A program made the position numbers and the translations under genes. Below, piece after piece: positions 51,066 to 63,873 of a stretch of 64,000 nt of DNA. Location of the stretch: assembly GCA_013239625.1 (NCBI GenBank), contig MU053379.1:1656866-1720865 (forward strand). The letters run 5' to 3'. Numbering within the stretch: the stretch's first letter is position 1; the number at the start of each line of letters is the position of its first letter. The notes beneath the pieces are model-generated. The model did no database searches. It was not told the origin of the DNA and saw only the letters and a list, made by a program, of their open reading frames with translations. The stretch comes from Lama guanicoe (lineage: Eukaryota).

Positions 51066-52448
51066 ATCCATTATCTTCAGTAATATTTTAAAAATAGGAG
51101 AAAGTATAAAGCCTATGAGACAGAGCTTCCTCACGTGGCCTTCTCCCCACAAATGTGCTGTCAGCAGAGAGCAGTGGCTGACGCGCTCCCCACTGGCTCA
51201 CCGTCCTTGGCAGGACCCTCTAGCCGGCGGGTCCCCCTCAGCTCCCGGTCCTCAGCCCCAGAAGCCCCACGTTTCCCGCTTCCCTCTGATCACAGGCGCA
51301 CAGCAGCTTCCCTCGAACGTTCCCCATCTACCAGGATCCCTCGCTCTTTGGGTCTGTTGCTCTAACTGAGGCTCCTGCCGTTCGAGGTCTTTGCGGGGCT
51401 GGCCTTGTGCATCAGTAGCTCTTGGGGGCAGGTTAAGGGCCTCGAAGCAAAACCATAGCTCTCTACATCCCTCCATGCCCCTGCGGTGCCCCAGATCGCC
51501 ACACTGCCCAGCTCTTTTAGACGATGGTGCTGAACGGCCCTACTCCAGTGTTATGGGTGGTGCACTAATGCTGTTTCATAATCCCTCCACCCACACGCTC
51601 TGCTTAGGGCTCCTGTGAGCTGGAGAACCTCCGGCCGCACTTCTTTGGGGGTGGTCATCGGACAGGTGACCTTGAAGTTTTGAAGAATGGGCTGAACATT
51701 TTTTGTGTTCGATAATTGTATTCCGTCCTTTCTTGACATAAATTGTGGACCCCAGAGATCTATCTAGTCCAGTGATTTTGCAAAGTGCTTTTTTTTTAAT
51801 CTGCCATAGTCCTTCAAATGCTGTCTAAATTAGAAGCACAAACACTTAAAGACAGATGAGGGCAGAGTTGCTGGGCAGCCAGGACAAGGGTTTCCCAGAG
51901 CCTTCTCGGCTCCTCCCGGTCGCCCCTGTGGTCCCAGAGCTCAGGTCCGTTTTGGAGCTCTGCGGAGCTCAGATTAGAACACCAGGGATCTTGTCCAGTC
52001 TTTTCATTTTACGGCCTCAGGAGAGTGAAATGAGCAACTCAACTGACTCTGGCCAGAACGGCAAAGCCACGCTGAGCATCTCCCTCCCCAGACAGGGCTC
52101 TGACCACTCCGTCACAGGAGGAGTTCTGGTCTTCCACCTTGCCTCAACATTTGCAATTCACGTCCCCTTCTCCACGTGTGTTCTCGAAGTCCAGCTTCTC
52201 CCCAGACACTGGTGATCCCTGTTTTAGACCTGGAGTTTGTGTGAGGGACAATCAGCCCGGGTGCTGGGCTTTATCTTGCCTTCAGAGTTCAGGGAGTGGG
52301 GTAGGTTCTGCACAGATAGAGGACAGAAGGACCAACCTGTCTGGGTCTGGGAGAGTAATTCAGCTCGCCATTTCCTGAGTTCGTTTCACGAGGCTGGTGA
52401 AATTGACAATGAGCTTCATCTCTGAACACACTATTTAACCCTGTAAAT

Positions 52449-52478
52449 GGTGTGTGCGTGTGTGTGTGTGTGTGTGTG
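52449..52478. repeat. (TG)n microsatellite
   Basis: gtgtgtgcgtgtgtgtgtgtgtgtgtgtg seen directly. Confidence 0.9.
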
Positions 52479-53149
52479 CTCAAAGCCCTGTCGGCCAAAG
52501 GCTCTAGAAACACAGCTGGAGGAGCAAGGTCAGGTTTACCCAACCTTCTATGGCGGGGGCAGCATACACCGGGGGATCGGGGTGTCTCAGCAAGAGGACA
52601 TTAGGACGGGTTTCTCATGGGCCCTGCACTTGCTGGGCGACTCCAAGCGGGGTTTGGGGAAGTGGAGTCTAGCTCTGGCTTGAGTGTTTTCAGGTGGTAG
52701 GGACAATTCTGCTGTTCAGGATCTTGGTAATTGTCATCTAGGAGGTAAAAGGATTAAAACAGGGCAAAAGTCACTGGTAAAGGAGCATAAATCAACCAGT
52801 AGTTAATTTTGTGACTGCGGAGTGTCCTTGTATCTCATGAGGCTGAGATATGATTATAGGGGGGATTGTTTCTGCCTCGTTTCACCCCGGTCACCGAGCG
52901 TCCTTATCTGAACATCACTCCTATTCTGTGAACGTTGGTGGCAGCACTATGACCTGTTTGCTGCTTGGGGTCCGCTGGCATGGCCGATCTTTAAACACAC
53001 ACGCACAGTTATGTCCACACCCAGATTCATATTTACATAAGGCGGGCATGTCATTTAAATGATGCGGATATTTGCAAGTCCCTGGAATGGTGAGTCTGAG
53101 ATATACAATCAGGACAGACTGCCTCCCATAAAGAGTCTGTTCATCACAG

Positions 53150-53300
53150 ACAGACATGGGGTTCTAATCCCCTGAGCAACTTTCTTTTCCTAAGTTTTGT
53201 TTTCTCATCTATAAAATAAGGATAACAATGTGCGAGATGTAGATCTACAGTGAGAAGATAAGAGGGGTTCACAGGGCGATGAGACAGTGTCTGGGAGTGG
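53150..53300 (+). mobile_element. MIR remnant
   Basis: gacagacatggggttctaatcc...ttttctcatctataaaataaggataaca. Confidence 0.7.
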
Positions 53301-53912
53301 AACGAGCGCACACGTGGGCAACCCCTTGAGCCCCGCAGCCGTCCTGAGGTCAGGACTGGGTGGGCTGACCAGGACTTGCAGCCCAGCAGCCTGGTGCTGA
53401 GTCTGGGTGTGCAGCTGCATCCTGCTTCCTGCTGCTTGGCACATGCTCCGGAGGCGGTCCGTGAGTGTTGAGTGCATTCTGCGGGGGCTGCGTATGCGTG
53501 TGCCACCAAAGTCGCTCATGACTGAAGAGAAGTTAGGTCTTTCATTGTTGGCTTCAGTGAGAGCAGAAAGGCAGGCCAGCCCGGCTTTTTGAATGACGGT
53601 GGAAAACGCTGGGGCTGGTGACCGAGGCAGGAGAGCCGTTCATTTGCTGGCCTTGTCCCTGTCTCTTCCGAGAGAGACTGCCATCAGGGGCAGGGGAGCC
53701 ACGTGACCCAAGGTGGCCAGCTGGAATCTTCTTCCAGGGAGTGTGGCTTTGGGTGGTCTCTGTTGGATGTCAAAGGGAGATGTCCCGCAGGACGAGGCCG
53801 GACTCCTCCCACCACGTGCTAAGCGGACAGGAGACCCGTCCTCAGTGACAGAGAACGTGCTGTGCAGACAGAAAGAGCAGCACGGAGCCCAAGTGGCCAC
53901 AGGAAGAGCTTC

Positions 53913-54072
53913 GGGGGGAGGGAGGGTACAGCTCAGGGGCAGAGCACGTGCCCAGCACGCATGCGGTCCTGGGTTCAATCCCCAGTGCCTCTATTAAAAA
54001 ATAATAAATGAATAAGCCTAATTACCTATCCTCCAACAAAATTTTTATAAAATAAAAATAAATTTTTTTAAA
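53913..54072 (+). mobile_element. Camelid tRNA-derived SINE (Vic-1-like) with a GC-shifted head
   Basis: gggagggtacagctcaggggcagagcacgtgcccagcacgcatgcggtcctgggttcaatccccagtgcctctattaaa; flanking gaagag repeat. Confidence 0.9.
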
Positions 54073-54224
54073 AAGAAGAGTTTTGGCTAAAGAGTTAGGG
54101 AGAAATTTGTCCTGTCGATTTTCAGAGAAGGTGAAGGACAGGTGTGACTGGCGGTCACTTCTGACCCACGAGCGAGTAAGCGAGTGTCCCGAGCTGGACA
54201 GGACCACAGCAGGAGGTCTCTGGG

Positions 54225-54420
54225 ACAGCGGTCCTCAGAGTGTGGTCCCCAGACCAGCCGCAGCCTCACCTGGGCGCTCGTTAGAAATGCCAGTTCTCAG
54301 GCCCCGCCCCAGGCCTGTGGGGTCAGGAACTCCGGAGATGGGGCCCCGCAGAGTGGGTTATAGGCTTGTAACAAGCGCTCCGGGTGCCTGTGATGCCGCT
54401 CGGGCGTGGGGAGCCCTGCC
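54225..54420. mobile_element. MER5A-type remnant, GC-shifted
   Basis: cagcggtcctcagagtgtggtccccagaccagccgcagcctcacctgggcgctcgttagaaatgccagttctcaggccccgcccc. Confidence 0.8.
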
Positions 54421-55329
54421 GGGGACGAGGCAGGCGCCCCCGGCAGCGGCGTGGGGGCGGCCCTCTGCGAGCACACGCCCGGGCCTCGCCTCACAGCGAG
54501 GGTTAATAGGCTCAGTGTATTCGTCCCCTCCTCCTCCCCCCGAGGAGGGAAAGCCATGGCAAGGGGACTCGCCGTGGGTCTCCCACCACACCTGGGCGCC
54601 TGGTGGTTTGTCCAGTCCAGCCTCCGACCTGGAGAGGCTGGGGAGGATGCCGTGTGTCTGCAGGGTCATCGCAGAGCCCGGTAGCTCTCTTCTTCAGGCA
54701 GACCCCGTGCCTTGCATGATGGACAAACCAATGCAGAGCCGCGGACAACCCTGCGGCGAAACGCAGGACACCTGTGGAAAGTGGCCCTCTCGCCCAGCTT
54801 CTGAGCCACTGGGGGAGGTTCTGCGAGGTGCTCTGTCGGCCCACGCCTGTCCTGGGGTCTCTGGGATTGGAAAGTGGGTGCCCTAAGACGTGGAGCTCAC
54901 CAGCTGGCTGCGCAGCCAAAACGACTTCCTAGTTGGCCTTGGGAAATGATAAATTATTGGTAGCAAGACACCTGTTTTTACTTCTCTTTGCTACGTTTTC
55001 CAGTGCCGTGGGAGTATGTAGATTCTTTAAAGAATACCCAGCTTTACCTCAGATTGGCCACCCGGCTACTTGCCAACCCAGTAGCCTCTCTCTTCCTTCT
55101 AGAAACTTCTGGTCAGGCAGCCACCCCGTCAATGTTGCTAATTTCCTGTCTGAACCCCTTTCTCTTGGTTAACCAAGCCCACAGCACTGAACAGTCTCAT
55201 TTTACAATAAAAGTAATTAACACTGTTTCAGCCAATTAAAGTTTTTGAAAGGCATTTGCTTAATCTTTTTGTAAAAACAAAAGCATCACCACTTGCATTA
55301 GCACCAAAAAGCCCCCACGCTTCAAAAGG

Positions 55330-56820
55330 GAAGGAGGCGGTCCTGAGGTACAAAGCTGACGAACTGTGTGCAGGAGCTACAGACAGAGCAAGCGAAACTG
55401 CTGGGAGAAACCAAAGACGATCTCGTATTGATAATGGAGAGGGATTCTGTGTTCATGTCTTACAAGATTCAATTTTTTTTACTGTGTTTTTTTTTTATTG
55501 AAGTATAGTCTGTTTACAACGCTGTGTCAATGTCTGGTGAGTGTTGTTGAGGTGGGTACTTTTTCTCAACTTTATCTATGGATTCAATGCAATCTCAGTG
55601 AAAATCTCAGCAAGCTGTTTTGTGGTTGATACAGACTGTGTCAACCTACATGGAGAGACAGAAGACCCAGAACAGCCAGCACACACTAAAGGGGAAGAAC
55701 CTAAACCCGCACGGATATACTTAAGTGATGTTTCACAGTAGAGCAAAAGCTATTCAATGATGAAATGGTGCTGGAAAAATTGGATGTCCACACGCAAAAG
55801 GAAGAAAGGAAGGAAGGAAGGGAAGGAGGGAGGCAGAATCTAGACACAGACCTTTCTTACAAATTAAATGGATCATAAACCTAAATATAAAATGCGAAGC
55901 TATAAAAATTCTCTAAGAAAATGTGAGAGAAAAGCTAAGTGGCATTGGGTTTGGTGATGAGTTTTTAGATAAAACACCAAAAGCACGATCCATGAAAAAA
56001 GAACACTAACAAATTAGGTTTTATTAAAATCAACAGCTTCTGCTCTGCCAAAGACAGTGTTAAAGATGTGAAAAGACAAGCCACAGACTGGGAGAAAATA
56101 TTTGCAAAACAAGTATCTGATAAAGAACTTGTACCCAAATGATAAAAAGAACTCCTAAAACTCAACAATAAGAAAGTAAACAACTGTGTTTTAAAATGGG
56201 CAAAAAATCTGCATACCTCATCAAAGAAGATCTATAGATGGTAAATAAGCATATGAAAACACTCTCCGCCTCATACGTAATTAGAGAACTGCAAATTAAA
56301 ACAGCAGTGGGACACCATTGCACACCCATTAGAAAGGCTGAAATCCAAAAAACTGACAGCACCAAATGCTGGCGAAGATGTGGAGCAACGGGAACTCTCA
56401 TTCATTGCTGACGGGAGTGTGAAATGGTGCAGCCACTTTGAAAGTCAGTTTACCAGTTTGTTATGAAGCCAAACATGGTCTTAACCTATGATCCAGCAAG
56501 GGCACTCCAAGGTCTTTACCCCATGGAGTTGAAAACTTTATTTCCACACAAAAATCTGCACACAAAATTTAATAGCAGTTTTATTCACAATTGCCAAAAA
56601 CTGGAAGCAACACAGATGTCCTTCAATAGGTGTACTGATAAACAAACTGTGGTGCATTCATACGGTGGATTGTCACTTGAGACATGAAAAGACATGGAAG
56701 AGCTTTAAATGCTTATTGCTAAGCAAAAGAAGTCAGTCTGAAAAGGCTACATTCTGTATGATTCCAATTATGTGACATTCTGAAGAAGGCAGAACTATGG
56801 AGACAGTAAAAAGATCAGGG
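55330..56820 (+). mobile_element. Old LINE-1 (L1MB/MC-like) ORF2 3' part and 3' UTR, containing a ~50-bp antisense younger L1 tail at ~55486-55538
   Basis: atctatggattcaatgcaatc...aaaagacaagccacagactgggagaaaatatttgcaaa...aactggaagcaacacagatgtccttcaatagg...aaaggctacattctgtatgattcca. Confidence 0.9.
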
Positions 56821-56829
56821 GCAGAGCAC

Positions 56830-57380
56830 CATGTATTGGATGCTGGTCTAGAGCACATCGCACAGGACAACGCCCCTGTCTCGTACGGTGTTGTCTCCCA
56901 GCTGTGCTGTGCCTGGACCTTCAGCTCGTCTTCCACTGCCTACCAAGCCAGCTGCTTCTGGGTGATGAGGCACGTGGAAAGACCAGTGACTTACACGTGT
57001 GTGTGGGGGTCCATTGCCACACTTTCTTTGTAGTAAAACATGAGTAGAAGCAGCAGTGTCGTGTGGGAAACCATGGCAGCAGACCATATATTTTCAAAGT
57101 TCAAGAACAGTGGATCTGGCAGATGTGCTGTTGGCAAGAAGGCAAACCCCATCTGGGACATGTGGCCCTATGAAGGCAAAGCCCCTCTCCCACCATGATG
57201 GGAAGGACCAGTGTAGTCAGCCCACCCCCAGGTAGCTGGCTGCTGCTGTGTTTAGCATTGGCTGAAGCCAAATGGAAGCCAGAGGGTTATGAGGAGGTCA
57301 CTGATATTGGCCATATCTGCCACCTTCTGGGGAGCTCCACTGCAGAAGGATGGAGAGTTGGTTCAGAGAAGCATGGAGTT
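56830..57380. mobile_element. ERVL/MaLR internal plus LTR-like remnants
   Basis: ccattgccacactttctttgtagtaaa...gaaggcaaacccat (MaLR-internal-like); cattggctgaagccaaatggaagccagaggg (LTR33-like). Confidence 0.5.
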
Positions 57381-57809
57381 CACTGGTTCATGAAACCCAC
57401 AGGTCTGGGTCTCCTGGTCTGAGCCTTTCTAACTAGTCTGTGATGTCGTCACCCTCCTGGGCTCTCGGGGCTGCCTTCCTTCCCTTTGTCACATGGAGCC
57501 CTCCTCATGATCTTTTCCATCTTGGTGGCAACGTGAGCTGCCCTGTGCCCTTTCCAGCAGTGTTCACATTTTACCATAACTGTTCAAAGTGCTGCTGAAT
57601 CCAGCAAGGCTCATTCCTCTGTGACCATAAAGTCGGGACCCTGGGAACAGTTACTGATTTGACTCCTTGGCACTTGAGAATCACACCTGAGGTAGCGGAC
57701 TTGCTTGCCAGGTGGGTGTGGAAACCCCATGGGGGCTCACAGGGAAGTTCAGGGGAAACCTGATTTGCAGTAATTCTTGACAAATTTTCACAGAATGAGC
57801 TAAAGAGGA

Positions 57810-57990
57810 CCATAGCTCTAGAGTCAGAAAACCTGAGTTCAGAACCAGGCTCTGCTGAGTCCTAGTGTGCATGACTTCGGGCAAGTTATAAACGCTCAGG
57901 GAGACTCAACTTTCCTCGTCTGTGAGTTAGGAACAAGAGTGACTCCCCTGGGGTTGTTAGGAAGTTGAATCTGAATATGCAGGTCAATCC
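57810..57990 (+). mobile_element. MIR
   Basis: gctctagagtcagaaaacctgagttcagaaccaggctctgc...gtgtgcatgacttcgggcaagttat...ctcaactttcctcgtctgtga. Confidence 0.8.
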
Positions 57991-60029
57991 CAGTGAGGGT
58001 CCAGGGGATGCCAGCTGTGCCTTTGTCCCCGCCCTGCCCTTTGACACACCAGACCCCACCAGCCACCTCTATGTCATCCCTGCACCTCAGCAAACTGCAG
58101 AATCAACAGTTAGGTGTTTTATTAAGGGCTCTCAGGTCTGAGCCTCCCAGGAGGTGTTAGATAAAGCCGTGGCTTCTCCCAGCGAAACCCACCACCTCAA
58201 TCGTTATTGCTGGGATGATGCAATCTGCCTTAATAACCTGGCAGGAACTCTAAGCAAGGATTCCTAATAAAGCTTCCAGGTCCAGAGTCAAAACCTCCAT
58301 TGCTCGCGTCTGTTCATCTCCTTCCCGAGCTCAGCCTTGCACGTGCAGATTGTGCTTACGGTTCCTCAGTCCATCCAAAGGGGAACGATTTGCTCTCATG
58401 GGCCTCCTGGCTTGCAGCTAAGAGATGGGCCTCCCTCCTGCCGTAAGAAAAGCAGGCCAAGGTGGAGATGAAAGGCAAGGAGCTGGTGGTCCTCAAGGAA
58501 TGTGGGCCAATGGCTTGACAGAGCTTGAATTCTCTGTGTGATTTCTTTGTGCATCACCCACAGAGTTTAACAGTGTACCCAGGAGACTGGTATTGTGTCC
58601 CTTCTAAGGGGTTAAGTGGCTATAAACTTGATCTTCCAGGATCTCGTCTCCCTCATGGGGAGCTCTTTGCTCTGAGTATTTCTAATTCTCATAGTAGGTT
58701 GATAATCACTACTTTGTTTAACCAGCAGCCATCCCTGCCTTTCTTCGCTGCTGGCAGAGATACACCTCCTGCTCTGAAAAAAGCCAGATTCTCGCTCTCC
58801 CAGACACCCTTTCACTAGGGCGCGGGCATGGGGCCCGACCTGGACCTATGGAACCAGAGGGGAAGTCGGCTGAGGGCTTGGGGAAGGACTTTCCTCTGCA
58901 TTCAGAGGGTAACACGGGGGCAGCAACACCCCTCGGTCCGTGTTTGGTGGGATGTGTGAGGTACAGAGTCAGCTCCCTAGGGACCCAGATGGCAAAGCTG
59001 AGAGTCGCAGAGAAGCTGCAGTGGCGCCAGGACACAGTGCAGCGATGAATGGACGGGCCCGCAGCCACCTACCCCTGAGCGTCAGTCTCAGGAGACAGAA
59101 GTAGACACTTGTCGAGTCCCAGAAGTATTCATCCACGTTCCTGCCAGCAGAATCACAACTTTCTTCATTTGGGTGGTGATCCTCTCAGCCTCTGTGCTAA
59201 GGGGGGCTGCAAAGGGAAGCCTTTCAGAAGGCTCTGGGAAACAGTCTCCTTCCCCAGTAAGAGAAGCAGGTGAGCAGAAAGGTCTCCCACAGTCTTCCCC
59301 TCTGAAAACAGCCGTGAAGACATGCTGCCCGAGGCTGCGGCCGCCCTGCTAGGATCACGAGACGACAGAGGGAGAAGCGCAGAAGAGGCGCCCCTGCGCG
59401 GCCGAGCCGGCCCGCAGCACCTGCGTGTAGGGTCTGCAGTGAAGCCAGCTCGTGCTATTTGATTTGTGGCCACAGGTCGGCATTTCCCTGCTCAAGAAAC
59501 GCTGCCATGCTTACACTCGGTCCGGGTCCTAGAGGCTGGAGGAGGGGAGGGGAGATTTCACGAGTGATGCAGATTCATTTCCCAGTCTGAACAAAGAGGA
59601 TGGACAGCATGGTTTTAGAGGAAAGAGGAGAACTGGAGTGAACCAAAATACCCGGCCAAGTGGGAGAGCAAGCCCCTTGGTTAAGGGCACTGTAAGGCTC
59701 GGGCACTGTAAGGCTCTGACCCCGAGGCTGCCTGGGACAATGGTCTGGAATGAGGCACAGGGTAGGGACGTCCTAGGTGACCGCTGCAGTGGCCGAGGCC
59801 AGGAGGACAGGGGTTTCAGTACAGCCAGGGACGGGCTGGGGGCTGCATGAGGAATGGCGGGAGAAGGAGTCAGCTGTTGTCCCCAGGAGGCTGGGCCTGG
59901 CCGTCTTTGAAGCAGAAGGGCAAGTAGGTTCGTTCCAGGGACTTGCTGGTGAAGGCAGTGCTGGTGCCTCAGCCCTGGAATGACCGCAAGACAGGTGTGG
60001 TTTGGGAAGACGGTGGATGCCCTGTGTTT

Positions 60030-60215
60030 GTCCTCATCTCCCCAGCTGGTTTGTAAGTGTCTTGAAGGCAGGAACTTAGTTACGTTTCTCTGATTATACT
60101 GTGGGGGGCATCAAACACGTTTTTCATTTAATTCAACAAATATTTCTTGAGCCCACACTCTGCCCCAGGCACTATGCCAGGCACTGGGGATTCAGCGATG
60201 AGCATTCACCTTGAG
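60030..60215. mobile_element. L2 3' end remnants
   Basis: tgtaagtgtcttgaaggcagga; cattcaacaaatatttcttgagcccacactctgccccaggcactatgccaggcactggggattcag. Confidence 0.75.
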
Positions 60216-63200
60216 GAGTTTCAAGCAAGTCATTGCATCTTAAGCGAAAGAGGGGTATACGCAGTGGGGTGTCTGCGCTGATCTGTCTCAACCACTAGGG
60301 GGCAGAAAAGGAGGCCCTTTTGCAGAGCATGTACCATCCCCGGACGCGCTGCCTGGACTCTGAGAGACCAGACTCTCTGACGACCACCTAAGACCTCAGA
60401 AGGCGGCAGGGATGGGAACAGCACTTTCGGTGGTTATTTCTGAGTGATGTGCTTGGGGGTGGGTTTTGTTTTTTCTTTCTTTCCAAGACATTCTGCAAAT
60501 TGGAAAATCACTCAGTCATGCTAATGTGACAGCATGAGACCTCGGTCAGATTACTGCAGACCCTGTGCTCTGGGGAACACTGCCTCTTCAACTGACAAAT
60601 GTCTTTTTTTACAGTAATAAACATCTTTCACCAGCATAAAAATGCACCAGACTGCTCCCAAGAAAATGAAATGGGTAGTTCTTTCCAATGGGTATTTTTC
60701 TGTCCCGTCCCTACCTCCACGCCCTGCCCACCTTGGTCTACGGCAACTATGGAGTGACTAGACTGTCCCTGGTGATGGGGGTGGAGGGGAATCTGCTCAA
60801 TATACGAGCCAGAGTTTCAGGTCAGACCAGTTTCTCAGCCCGTGGGCAGTTGTGGTGGCACAGCTGCTTACTTCTCTGGGTTTTGAGAAACAGGCTGTGG
60901 GTACTTGTTGAGAAAGAGCCACATTCCTTTATCTCATTCTCAATTTTCTCAACCTTTTACGTTTATTAACTTCTAAATGTGGTTGCATAATGATCAGGCA
61001 AATCTTGAATCTTTGTTTTCCTTCTTTTGTTGCTGTAAGTTATTCCCGGCCGTGGTGGGGCGAGCCCACGTCTGCCGCCGGGGACTGACTGGCAGAGATT
61101 CTGGCGCACCTGCAGGAGGCAGGGGACCTGCTGGTGTCTGGGACAGGGGAAGTGGGGCTATCTCCAGTCACTAACCATTCAGTCAGCAAGAATTTCTTGA
61201 GCATTTACTGTGTGCTGGTTAATGTCTGCCCCTCGGGGAAGTGCAGACTGGTTGAGGGGGTGGGGCCATCGAGTCAGACCACATGCTTCTGAGTCTTAGC
61301 TCCGCTGCCACGTCCAGCTCGTGACCTCAGGCAGTTTATTTCATCTCCTTGCCTTGTCCTCAGTGACCGCAGAGACCACATGGTTAAGATGGCAGCCCAT
61401 CAGGTAGAGGATTCTGGCTCCGGAGTCAGCCCCCGGAGGAGAATTGCACGAGAGCCATCGACCCACCTCACACTGTGGTGCGAGTGACAAGTAGAACCTA
61501 AGCTAAGCAGGTGGACACACCTGCTTTACGCCTCACAGCCTCTGAACTGGAAACCAGGCTGCTCCGGCAGAGGCAGCCTTCCACTCTGTCCTGCAATGTC
61601 AGGAGACACGCGGCCTCGCACGGCAGAGCCAGCCAAGGGGGCAAGGTACTCATTTTACAACAACCGTCTCTCCTGACATTTTCAGACAGAAAAGTGTTCC
61701 TGACACCCTGCTAGTGGCCCAGGTGCTCTGTGAAGGGTGCGGGGGCCGAGCTGGCTTGGGCAACATCGTACAAGGCGTTCCCGCCTGGAGACTTGGTGCA
61801 CATCCAGGCTTTGAGACATCCTGCAATACAATAGCCCTTGACTTGGTTTAAACAAACTTATTTGACCCTTTTGTTCTCTAACACCCGTAGGAACAAATTT
61901 AGGGAAATGGCCAAGTAGAGAGAGTATCTGTCCTTATTTGCACAACCTCTGCCTTTTACAGCATCAGTTGGAGCTGTACTGTTGGGGCAGTAGAGAAAGT
62001 ACGATTCTTTCACATTGATCCTTTAAGTGATTTTCACAGTTCACTGTTGTCTCCTAATGATGATTAATAGAAAATAATGTAACTAAATTTAGTCAATACT
62101 AGCAAAGTGAAACTATTGTCCTTTTACCATAAAAGCATCAGGGACTTTTCACTGATGGGAAGTGAAAAGTACATTTGACATTGTACATAGTTATACCTCA
62201 CTCTTCAAACAATGCGTTCCGAAAAAAATGTATAAACGCAGCTGTTGAAAATAGCATCTGATTTTCTCATTGGCTTAAATTATCAGTGATATTTTTATCT
62301 TAGTTGACACCAATCTGATATCAATTTAGTTTTTCCCCTCTTTTATCCCCCTAATCTTTTACTCAATTAGCTAATAATCAGGAAACTCCTAAATGCACAA
62401 AGAAACCTAGCAGCGAACCTTTAAATAAAGGATCACTCCCGACATAATTTTAAGTCATTTTCACCGTTTTGTAGATTTGGGTGCAGAGCCTTCTGTATTA
62501 CAAACATTTACTAAATATTTTTTAAATGAATAAGTAAATTTTTTCTTTAGGTTTCCTTAGTGCAGAGTACACCCAAATAGAGGAATATTCAGCAAAACCT
62601 AAGTTTATGTCTGCTGTCCAAAATGTATGTCTTGGGTGGAAATCATTTCATAGTTTTAAAGGAAGTGAGAATACATGCAGAAAGTATAGATACAGAGCTT
62701 TACTCTGATCGCTAGAGAAGGCCTCCTGGAGAGCATTTTCAAGTAGAAAGTGGCGTTACGTGGTCAGGTTGGCGTGAGAAAAATGACATTCACCAAGACT
62801 CTGGAGAGGGCAAAGCAGGACAGTGAGCTGCGTTTCTCTCAAGCAACGGGCTGTGCTGTGAATGTCCCGCCTCTGTCGTTTTGTTCATGCCACACCGCGC
62901 CTCCCATCCCCTCTTGCATTAGCCCAGCTCAGAAGCGTTCGGGCAGGTCCTGGTGTCCGCCAGCAACTCCCCCTTCCGCGTCCTGCGGCACCCCGTAGCC
63001 CTGGCCTGCCCCTGGGGTGGCCCTTCCCGTCAGCAGTTGAGAGATGCCTCCCCTTCCGGGGACGCTCATCGTCCTGTGGGGTGGGAACTGAAGGCGGTGT
63101 TGCCGCTGCTTGACCACGACGGCTGGCCTGGGCAGGAGCCCAGAGGCCATCTCCTGGCTTGCTCTGCACCCCGCTGCATCTTCCAGCATCTGAGGTGAAA

Positions 63201-63514
63201 GGAAGGACTGGCTGACCCTTGGCGGCGGGATCCCCTGCCTACTCGGGCATCCTCCTCAGCCCAGCATCCTTCTAGGGGGTGGAAAGGGTCCAGGCCGCCG
63301 GGCGCCGTGTTACACGGGAGCAGCTTCCTGGTGCACAAGGTCCAGGTCAGGAGAGGCACCAGCATCGTCTGCTCTTGACCTCGGTCAGGTGTTTCTCCTT
63401 GGTGATGCCTGGAGGGATCCTCCCGTTTTATTCTTTACACTTTCTATTGGGATGTGACATTCATAAGGTGCCTCAAGTGCATGCAAGGGGGTGTCGCCCT
63501 GCGAAGCCCCGCAC

Positions 63515-63873
63515 GCTGTGTTCCGCGCTAGTCGGCGAAGCGCCGTAGCCCGGGCGCTGAACCGACAGACGTGCTTTCTCGCGGCCCTGGAGCCTGGAGT
63601 CCAAACCACGGTGCGCGCAGGGTCCGGGTCGGTGAGAGCGCCGTCCCTGGGGTGCAGGAGGCCGCCTTCCGGCAGCTTCCTCACACGGCAGGGAGAGAGC
63701 GGGCGCCAGCCTTCATGTCTCTTCTCATGGGAACACAGATCCTGCAGACAGCGCCCCACCCACCGGACTTCATCTCGCCCCAGTCACCCCCACAAAGACC
63801 CCGTCTCTGTGCAGCACCCGGGGGCTGGGGCTTCGGCGTGTGAATCTGGGAGGGTGCAGTTCAGGCCATGGCA
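63515..63873 (-). mobile_element. MLT1A/B-like LTR, extremely GC/CpG-shifted, inserted in an L1M 3' end (~63425-63490 and 63874-64000)
   Basis: Collinear with the MLT1 at 46209-46590: acagacgtgctttctcgcggccctggagcctggagtccaaaccacggtg...cctcacacggcagggagagag...tgtctcttctcatgg...gcgtgtgaatctgggagg...ttcaggccatggca. Confidence 0.8.

Noticed and set aside
52480..52960. Possible additional LTR remnant
   Set aside because: It has LTR-like texture, but the family and boundaries could not be supported without a search.
54083..54886. Longest ORF in the track (267 aa)
   Set aside because: It runs through a GC-shifted MER5A in GC-rich DNA where stop codons are depleted; non-ATG start, no domain, no splice support.
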